Shown here: in pieces, positions 49,901-59,398 of the stretch
Numbering within the stretch: the stretch's first letter is position 1
Layout: each line of letters starts with the position of its first letter
NCBI GenBank assembly: GCA_043228905.1
Contig: JBHGNT010000010.1
Coordinates: forward strand, 15,996,001-16,060,000
Reading direction: 5' to 3'
Origin: Azolla caroliniana
Taxonomy: Eukaryota; Plantae; Polypodiophyta
Length of the DNA: 64,000 nt
Notes under the pieces: generated by a model
What the model saw: only the letters and a program-made list of their open reading frames with translations
What the model was told of the DNA's origin: nothing
Database searches by the model: none
Position numbers and translations under genes: made by a program

Positions 49901-52214
49901 TAGTTGAGTAAAGTACCTAATTAGCTATCCTACTAGCTAATTAGCTACTACCATAGTTGAGTAAAGTACCTAATTAGCTATCCTACTAGCTAATTAGCTA
50001 CTGGCAACTAATTAGCTATCCTAGTAGCTAATTAGTTATCCTACTAGCTAATTAGCTATCCTACTAGCGAATTAGCTATCCTAGTAGCTACTGCCATAGT
50101 TGTGTAAAGTAGCTAATAAGCTATCCTAGTAGCTAATTAGCTACTGGCAGCTAATTAGCTGTCCTAGTAGCTAATAAGCTATCCTAACTACTACCATAGT
50201 TGAGTAAAGTACCTAATTATCTATCCTAACTACTACCATAGTTGAGTAAAGTACCTAATTAGCTATCATACTAGCTAATTAGCTATCGTACTAGCTAATT
50301 AGCTATCCTAGCTTCTACCATAGTTTAGTAAAGTAGCTAATTAGCTATCCTAAATAACTGTCATGTTATTGTAGAATCTTGTGGATTAAGGACGGCACAT
50401 GATGTGTCTGGTGCTGATGATGCTGCAACAGATGAGGATACTACTGCCAATGTGGCTGAAAGTAAGAGTCCTGCTATCACATCTCCTTCAGATCATCTGC
50501 ACCCTATTCTTTTGGAACAGTGTACTGAATTAGGCAACGATGTGAAATGCCATGAAATAGTGGAAACAACATGTAAAACTGAGGTTCACAACAACAGTGT
50601 TTATGAACACTTGATGCAACATTTCTTCGAGTCTCAAGACCTTGATTCCACCCCACCGAGCCCAACTACTGAAAATGTCCAAACAGATCCCTCTGTACTT
50701 GAAAAGCTAGTTCAAGAAACGGCGGATGTGCAATTAGCTGCTGAGGCGATGGGAAGGTTGTCGGAGGAGGACACACTTGCGCATTGGGTCCTAGAAGCAA
50801 GGCTAAATGGGGAACCAACCAGAAAAAGGCTGAAGAAGGGGCCACGATCGGGAACAAGACCAGTTACTCGGTCAAGGGGCCCAGACGTAGTGGAGCGAAA
50901 TACTGTTTAGTTGGATATGATTGTTAGCTTAGGGATTTTGCTAGGGTTTTATGAAGTTTTACTATCCTGTTGGACAAGTAAAACCTCAGATTGGTTGTTG
51001 CTTGATCCACATTATGTAATGGAACTCTATGATGTTTTTCCAAGATAATTTGAAGAGTGTTGTTCTATGACTGAAACTCTTTGATGTTCAGGATATTGTT
51101 TTGTGAGACTATTAGTTACTTTGTGAGTGTGAATATGTTGGTGTTTTCTGATGTTGCAGAGTCTAAAGGGTTTGATTCTATTGCTCGTAAGGCCAATGGC
51201 AGTGTGGATACTGTTGATGTTGCGGCATGTTTAAAGGGCCCCATCTTGAAAGTAGATGTAGCAACTGACACAAGTGATCTGGTCACACAAGTTGATCAAG
51301 CATGTAGCACGGATGACTTGGTGTTGCAGGTAGATGCAGCATGTAGCATGGATGACTTGGTGTTGCAGGTAGATGCAGCATGTAGCACGGATGACTTGGT
51401 GTTGCAGGTAGATGCAGCATGTGATACCAGTGGACTGATATCGAGCAGAACAGTAGCTACATGCACTGAGGTAATCCAAGGATTGATAACTAAGTCGACA
51501 AAACAAGAGCACCAGAATGTGAAGCTAGGCCCAACACAGTCGACTAGGGGTTTAAAGAGGAAAAGGACACCAGTTGTGTCAGCCGAACCTGAGCTGATTG
51601 AGATTGATCGTATCCTACCAGAAAATGGTGTAACAACGGCTCAGTTTCAGGAATGGAAACCTAAACCACTAGAAGTCGAAAGAAGAGCCTTGATCTTGGA
51701 GCTGGATAAAGTCTTGATGAGTGTGAGATATATGCAGCCAAGGAGGGACGCAAATCAGTTTCTAGAGTGGGCTGTGGAGTACTTTGATTTGTTTATTTGG
51801 AGTGAAAAACCAAAATCAGATGTGTGGAAGTGTTTGGCAAGATTCTTCCCAAAATGGCGAAGTCGTTTTAAAGGTCAATGGGCACGAGAAAATTGTGAGC
51901 AGATGGAAGCTGCAAGATTCAAGAGACTTTCTGATTTTTGGGCTACTTGGCCTGAATATAATGCTGACAATACATTGATTTTGGATACAGAACATTTCCG
52001 ACACTACTTCAATATTCGGAGATGCTGTCTCATTCTACCCGAGGAAATGCCTGAACAGTACCTGGTGCAAACAGTGAGCTGCCAACTAGGTGCATGGTTG
52101 TGGACTCCATACCGAGCTCAATATGCGGATAATATATGTAGACTTGTTCCACTGACTAGCAAGAGCTTAGCTGTTTATAGGAGATTTGTAGACATTTCCA
52201 ATGGTAATTTATAA
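46935..52214 (+). CDS. Predicted RING-H2 protein inside the Sola2 element (about 784 aa); exons 46935-46963, 47254-47959, 48038-48181, 48266-48599, 50375-50461, 51160-52214
   Basis: GT-AG junctions keep the frame; CIAC...PCNHTYHLLC...CLGDC RING-H2 pattern; basic NLS-like LKRKR; in-frame 39-bp repeats at about 51275-51425. Confidence 0.68.
48613..50352. repeat. Array of the palindrome TAGCTAATTAGCTA (about 20-bp period, interspersed with catagttgtgtaaa units), intronic
   Basis: Direct reading; lies between donor 48600 and acceptor 50374. Confidence 0.95.
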
Positions 52215-52385
52215 ATATGTAAAGAGATGACATTATTCAATGAAGAATTTAATTACTTGTTCCCACTGTACTTATCTACTGTGTAATTTGAGGAATATGT
52301 TGCAGATTGTTGATTTCATTCTATTGATGACTATTTAGCTATTGACAGCTAATTAGCTGCATTTGTACAACTAATTAGCTGCATT

Positions 52386-52895
52386 TGTACAGCTAATTAG
52401 CTGCATTTGTACAACTAATTAGCTACTGATGACTATTTCGCTATAACTTATAACTTAAAACTTAACAAAAAAGACATGATTTTATTGAGAAAGAAGCACA
52501 GAAAGCAGACTGTATACAAGAAATTGATTCCAAACGAATTTATTGATCTGTTTTCGCGAAATACATGTTTGTTTTACAAGAGAACATGGTAAGTGCTACT
52601 TGTAGCTACAAATTCCATGGCATACTATTGTAAATACATTTGTATAGCTAATTAGCTGCATTTGTACAGCTAATTAGCTACTGATGACTATTTCGCTATA
52701 ACTTATAACTTAAAACTTAACAAAAAAGACATGATTTTATTGAGAAAGAAGCACAGAAAGCAGACTGTATACAAGAAATTGATTCCAAACGAATTTATTG
52801 ATCTGTTTTCGCGAAATACATGTTTGTTTTACAAGAGAACATGGTAAGTGCTACTTGTAGCTACAAATTCCATGGCATACTATTGTAAATACATT
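52386..52895. repeat. 255-bp tandem duplication covering the transposase stop codon and 3' UTR
   Basis: 52386-52640 repeated at 52641-52895. Confidence 0.9.
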
Positions 52896-55800
52896 CATAC
52901 ACATTAGCACCAACAGTGTATAAACCGGAGCAGCTATTGTATTCTGACATTGGGACGTTGATGCATCTGACCAAATGAGAGTACATATACGCCGCTGGTT
53001 TGTCTTCTAACAGCCTGTACACATATTCGTAGTCATCTAGTTTTGCATAAAAAATGCCTTCGATGTAGAATGTCCCGGCAGATACAAAATTTCCCCATGC
53101 ATCTACAATATTCTGCCTTGCACACTGTTTACTAACCGTGCACTTTAATATATAGAAATCAGCACCCTCTGAATTGCCTTCTTCAGCATTTACAGCGAAG
53201 TTATCCCCAACGTTCAGGACATCACTCAAAGTATCTCCAAGTCCCTCATATGTGAAGTCAGCATTCTGCCCTGTTTCTCCATCAACTGCTTCCTTATCAT
53301 TCAGAGTGTGATACTCCTAATTCTGAATGTATGCTTTGTTTAGACAATATCTCCAATTTCCCTGCACACAATGGAAGCAAAAACAAGTCAATTCTCTAAC
53401 CGCAATACAATGACCATCCAACCTGGAATAACCGCGAACAGCATGCAGAGATCGCAATTCGGGAATTCCTTGGCACTCCCAGGTCTTCTCCCTATTTACT
53501 TCATCTATCTTCACTTCCCAAAATTCACGTTTGATATCTCGAACTTGCGAGGAATAAACACCTGTGGCACTCGTCGACATATTTGTTCTTAAAAATTCAA
53601 CTACATGTGAAGCACAATTCATGTGCACACCATCTGTCTTTAGTTGTTCATGGGTAAGTGCCCGCTTTATAACAGCCCCTGCACCATCATGTTCACCTTT
53701 ACCATGGCCAGACCCAAAAAAATTCCATCTCATCTCCAAACCTGTTATAGCAGGATACCTCCCCACAAAATAAAATGGACGTCGAGCCTTGAATTGTGAC
53801 GCAGCTCCGTCAGACCAGACCCAATGTTGAGTAAGCTCCAAACGTTGAGCTAATAACCACTGCCAATGTAACTTAAAACAGTGTTGGACGAACAAGGTAT
53901 CATGCTTCTTATCATCGGAAATAAAGAAATGAATTACTTTTTTAACATCACCTGAAACTCGAAAATATGTTATGTGCACAAAAATGGTTACCTGAACTGA
54001 ACACCAATGCATAGATTGAATTTCATTCTGCTGCTTGAAAGTATAATTCTCTGCGAAATCTACTACTGAGACTACTACATCATTTGGGAAATCAGATATG
54101 CAAGTCTTAAACTGATGGGCCTGCCATGAATAAATGAAGTTGTGTTTAATGAACTTTCCTAGAGATACTACAAACAGAGACACCAAATCCCTTGGTTTAA
54201 GCATCTTCCGAACTAGATCCTTTCTTTTACACACCTTTCCTTCGAAATTGGTGTTCACTGACTCAAATAACTTCACAGAGATAAATATTTCACTACTCAA
54301 TTCATTTGGACACCACCTAAATCTAGTAGGGCCACAATCTTGACATAAACCCATGACACATTTATGAATATGGAAGATAGCGTCAGATTCTCTCGGACAC
54401 AATATTGAATCTAATAAATAACTCATGGAAGAGATAACGTGCTCAGATGATTTACACTCCTCTTGCGGGCTTGATCGACAGATTAGGCACCCACATGTGC
54501 AAACTGTATTAGTTAGGGATGCGCTATGGTGACGTAGTAGATTAACAGAGTCCTTCAGAAAACCCATCTGTACATGGTAAATGCAACAACATGTGTATCG
54601 ATCCTTTAAGCGTCTCACAAAGTGTGGCTTAAGAGACTCGAATGTTCGTAGTTGAACTTTGATAGTTGGATGCATTCGTTTGAACCTAATAAATAAATCG
54701 ACCTGCGTAATAAAGGGGAATTAGTTATTCTCGTAACTAGCTAACTATCGTAGTAGCTAATTAGCTATTCTAGTAGCTAGTTAGCTATTCTAGTAGCTAG
54801 TTAGCTATTCTAGTAGCTAGTTAGCTATCATGGTAGCTAATTAGCTGTCCTAGTAGCTAATTGGTTGTCCTAGTAGCTAATTAGCTATCATGGTAGCTAA
54901 TTAGCTGTCGTAGTAGCTAATTAGCTATCATGGTAGCTAATTAGCTATTGTAGTAGCTAATTAGCTATTCTAGTAGCTAATTAGCTATCATGGTAGCTAA
55001 TTAGCTGTCGTAGTAGCTAATTAGCTATCATGGTAGCTAATTAGCTGTCGTAGCAGCTAATTGGTTGTCCTAGTAGCTAATTAGCTATCATGGTAGCTAA
55101 TTAGCTGTCGTAGTAGCTAATTAGCTATCATGGTAGCTAATTAGCTATTCTAGTAGCTAATTAGCTATTCTAGTAGCTAATTAGCTATCATGGTAGCTAA
55201 TTAGCTGTCGTAGTAGCTAATTAGCTATCATGGTAGCTAATTAGCTGTCCTAGTAGCTAATCAGTTGTCCTAGTAGCTAATTAGCTATCATGGTAGCTAA
55301 TTAGCTGCTCTAGTAGCTAATTAGCTATCATGGTGGCTAATTAGCTTTCCTAGTAACTAATTAGCTATCATGGTAGCTAATTAGCTTGTCTAGTAGCTAA
55401 TTAGCTATCATGGTGGCTAATTAGCTTTCCTAGTAACTAATTAGCTATCATGGTAGCTAATTAGTTGGTCTAGTAGCTAATTAGCTATCGTGGTAGCTAA
55501 TTAGCTGGTCTAGTAGCTAATTAGCTATAATGGTGGCTGATTAGCTTTCCTAGTAACTAATTAGCTATCATGGTAGCTGATTAGCTGGTATAGTAGCTAA
55601 TTAGCTATCATGGTAGCTAATTAGCTGGTATAGTAGCTAATTAGCTATCATGGTAGCTAATTAGCTATCACGGTGGCTAATTAGCTGTCCTAGTAACTAA
55701 TTAGCTATCATGGTAGCTAATTAGCTGGTCTAGTAGCTAATTAGCTATAATGGTGGCTAATTAGCTATCCTAACTAATTAGCTATCATGGTAGTAGCTAT

Positions 55801-56908
55801 TGAGAGTAGCCAGTTACCTATGTAGTAGCTATCATAGTAGCTAATTAGCTATCATGGTAGCTAATTAGCTTTCCTAGTAGCTAATTAGCTGGTAATAACG
55901 AAATAGCTAACTAGCTACCATGATAGCTAACTAGCTAGCAGTACAGCTAATTATCTGGTAGTACCTAAATTAGCTATTGAGAATAGCTAATTAGCTATCA
56001 TGGTAGTAACTATTGAGAGTAGCTAGTTACCTATGTAGTAGCGATCCTAGTAGCTAACTGAGGTAAATGTAACTGATAAGCTAATTAGCTTTTCTGCTAA
56101 CTGAGCTAATTAACTTTCCGAGTAGAGTCAAAACAAATGTTGAGATAAATGTAAATACCTGAGGTACATCAAGAAGATGAATGGGATGCTCCTCGTATTG
56201 ATTTCTTCCAACACGTTTCCTGCATAAATCCTTTTTATTGGGTGAAACCCTACTCTCATTAGTCCAAAACATTGTGATTACATCCTTGATTTCAAATGTT
56301 ATGGGTGTCATTGGCTTACATCTTGTAGTTAGCTTTAGTAGACTAGTTCCTTCACCCGAGGAAATTATACGGTTCATTGTATTGTACACTGTTTTTCTAC
56401 TAACACCAATTACCTTAGATAGCTCATTGATGTTTATATCGTCAACATCACTATTAAGTAACATCATTAGACTAGACCTTTTTAAGACAAGATCATCTTC
56501 TGACCTGCTCATGGATACGAAACTATTACGAAGATTATTTACTAAAATAGATGATATGTTTGCATTAAGACCATCACAATCAACTAAGTCCTTTATCGAT
56601 GGATCATTACATATTCCATAAAGTACTACCTTCTTTTCTTCATTGCTGATGTGCTTGGTTTGAACATTGAAATAGTCTACAACCTTTCTCTCTATGATGG
56701 TAGTCGCATTACTTACATTCTCAGCTAAACTATCCTTACCTTTACTGAGTGTGGCTTTCGTATCCTTCAACAATTGACGATGTTTCCTTTTTTTTTCTGC
56801 CCAATAGTTTCGTATGGCTTGTTGTGTCCTGATAACATCATCCCTATCCTTATGATCATTGAGGGGTAATTCTAAACACCCTTCTTCCCCTTCCATTTGG
56901 CTAGACAT
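52861..56908 (-). pseudogene. Sola2-like DDD transposase (about 863 aa); exons 56908-56159 and 54702-52861; one TAG at 53317-53319
   Basis: DFAENY..Q.EIQSMHW...ISDDKKHD...SDGAASQFK...GHGKGEHDGAGAVIKR; phase-0 GT-AG intron; frame continues past the TAG (probably TGG>TAG). Confidence 0.88.
54720..56110. repeat. Regular 20-bp-period TAGCTAATTAGCT array filling the transposase intron
   Basis: About 50 in-register units in 54750-55790, with alternating spacers ATCATGG and GTCCTAG/ATTCTAG. Confidence 0.95.
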
Positions 56909-57240
56909 GTTAAAACCCTAAATTTCCAGAAAAAAAAACAAGTATTAAAGATGGCTATGGGCAACAACAATACACAAAAATATTCCACACAATACACAAG
57001 ATTAGACACAACAATACACAAGATAATCAATAGACAGAAAAGTTATTGCAATCCAAGACCGAACAGTAGAGGATTTCACTCTGTTGGATCCAACAGTTGA
57101 GGAGGCAATCCAAGACCGACCAATGGCAACAACTGAGTGTAGAATGTTGCCGTTGGATGAGTGAACTCCGTCAAATCGAAATGTGGAAGCAATCCGGGAC
57201 TGGACAGTAGTGGCAAATGAGTATAGAATGATGGCAATGG

Positions 57241-57977
57241 AGGAGAGAACCCCGTCAGATTGAACAGTTACCGATGATGCTTGAAACGCACATAGAAGGC
57301 ACTTGAGAATAGAGTGGCATAGAGAAGAGAACCCCGTCAGATTGAACAGTTACCAATGATGCTTGAAACGCACAGTAGCGGCCCCTGAGTGAGAGTGGAA
57401 AAGAGAAGAGAACCCCGTCAGATTGAACAGTTACCAATGATGCTTGAAACGCACAGTAGCGGCCCCTGAGTGAGAGTGGAAAAGAGAAGAGAACCCCGTC
57501 AGATTGAATAGCTCTTTGATTATGCTTGGAACGCACAGTAGCAACCCCTGAGTGTAGAGTGGCAAAGAGAAGAGAACCCCGTCAGATTGAACAGCTCTTT
57601 GATGATGCTTGGAACGCACAGCAGCGGCCCCTGAGTGTAGAGTGGCACAGAGAAGAGAACCCCCTCAGATTGAACAACTCTTTGATGATGCTTGGAACGC
57701 ACAGTAATGGCCCCTGAGTGTAGAGTGGCACAGAGAAGAGAACCCCCTCAGATTGAACAGCTCTTTGATGATGCTTGGAACGCACAGTAATGGCCCCTGA
57801 GTGTAGAGTGGCACAGAGAAGAGAACCCCGTCAGATTGAACAGCTCTTTGATGATGCTTGGAATGCACAGTAGTGGCCCCTGAGTGTAGAGTGTCACAGA
57901 GAAGAGAACCCCGTCAGATTGAGCAGCTCTTTGATGATGCTTGGAACGCACAGTAGCGGCCCCTCAGTGTAGAGTGG
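57241..57977. repeat. 9 copies of an 82-83 bp tandem repeat upstream of the transposase
   Basis: Recurring gagaagagaaccccgtcagattgaacagctctttgatgatgcttggaacgcacag. Confidence 0.95.
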
Positions 57978-59334
57978 CGGCAGGTGGACTCGATAGGGTT
58001 TAGCAACAGTGGTAGCAACTAACCCACAGTACTCAACTAGAGATGGCCTACGTGATGTGGCAAAGGATCATGCATAATGGACCTAGGAATTCGATATATA
58101 ATTTATGGTACACATTTATGGTGCACACATCAATTTATGTTGCACATTTATGGCACTCATTTACATATGTAATTAAAACACTCTAGTATTTTCAATGGTA
58201 GTTTTTTGCATACTTAATTTATTAATGATGGCTTTTTACTAAAATGACTATTTATCAATGGTAGCTTTTTGCATAGCTAATTAGCTATGTCAAGGACATA
58301 GCTAATTGTTTCCACTCGCATGCTTTCACCCTCTTGCCTAGTATTCATCAACACTCAACTAATACTATGTTATTTACACATGTTTCTACATAAAGACAGT
58401 TTCATGTGCATCCGTGCACACCCCTCTTCACGCGTATCCGCCACCCTTTTCTTCCCATGGCCGGAATCCTTCACGACATCCACCCCCACCAAACCACACA
58501 TCCTTCGGCATGTGCTAAATAGTGAAATGGTGGGGATTCCGGCGTAGTCTTCATTCGTCCCCTCCCGAACAATCGTTGATACGGTCCTCATTCGACTCCT
58601 CACCCTTGTTGGCGCTTTCGACCTCTACCTCCAAATTTGGTTCTGTGTCATGTTGTTTCTTGAAGTCCTTAATCTGCTTCCCTACTACCAACACTGTTAG
58701 CCTCGTCTTGTCAAGCTCGGCTAGATGGTATGTCGTGTTGTCGTTGGCGCTCATCACCACGTAAGGTGCGAACCACCGTCTCGCAAACTTCCGGGTCAAC
58801 CGGTGCTAATTGTTGAGGCTGTTGTCTTAGACCAACACCTAGTCGCCTTCCTCGATTTTCTTCGTCCGGAGTCCATGTGTCCGATCGAATTGCCTTTTGC
58901 ACCTTAGTCCCTTTGACTTAGTTTGTTCTACGTCCTCTAGTCGCCTCTCGAGTTGCTGAATCCGCACCCCAACAACTCCTCCTGACTCATCGCATCCGAC
59001 CAGTCGATCGACATCCATGAGGCTATCGTCCACTCCATCGGCCCAATCAGCTTCTGTCTGAACATGAGTTCGGCGGGCATGTACCCGATCACCGAACTGT
59101 GTGTAGTCCGATCGGCCCACAGTGCATAAGGTAGGAGTCTCGGCCAGTTGTCGACCGATCCGTCGCATGCTCGTACAATGGCCTAGTTCGACCTTTCCAT
59201 TCACCTCAGGATTATATGTCGTTGTGAGGGAAAGCTTGACCGCTAGTTGTTCGAATAACTCCCCTATGTTGGCTACTATCTTCCCGATGCACCCATACTA
59301 GAAAATCACATCCTCGAGTAAGAACTGACATACG

Positions 59335-59380
59335 TGTCACGGGCATGACCATATAATATCCCGTGGTGAGAATTTACCGT
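59335..59380 (+). mobile_element. First 46 bp of a second chromovirus LTR (same family as 36353-43357)
   Basis: tgtcacgggcatgaccatataatatcccgtggtgagaatttaccgt matches the reverse complement of 43312-43357. Confidence 0.85.
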
Positions 59381-59398
59381 TGTCCCGTTACAACGCGT

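Larger units (their letters stand above)
46456..58331. mobile_element. Sola2-type DNA transposon, 11,876 bp
   Basis: 25-bp TIR GAGTAAAAGCATGCGAGTGGAAACA / GGGTGAAAGCATGCGAGTGGAAACA (2 mismatches); GRG termini; 4-bp TSD TCTT (46452-46455, 58332-58335); encodes a Sola2-like transposase. Confidence 0.88.
45767..59334 (-). mobile_element. Relic Phygy-like element E: 3' LTR (45767-46455 plus 58336-58478, split by the Sola2 element), PPT and decayed integrase 58551-59334
   Basis: TGTCGCGG...TCACGACA termini; tccacccccacc next to the LTR; RKFARRWFAPY...NDNTTYHLAELD, homologous to B. Confidence 0.85.

Noticed and set aside
53317-53319. Programmed stop read-through in the transposase (and at 24939, 61758)
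   Set aside because: Each is one transition from TGG, CAG or CGA, the usual decay of methylated transposons; no read-through context seen.
48613-56110. CRISPR-like palindromic repeat arrays
   Set aside because: Spacers are 6-7 nt and recurrent, there are no cas genes, and the context is eukaryotic introns.
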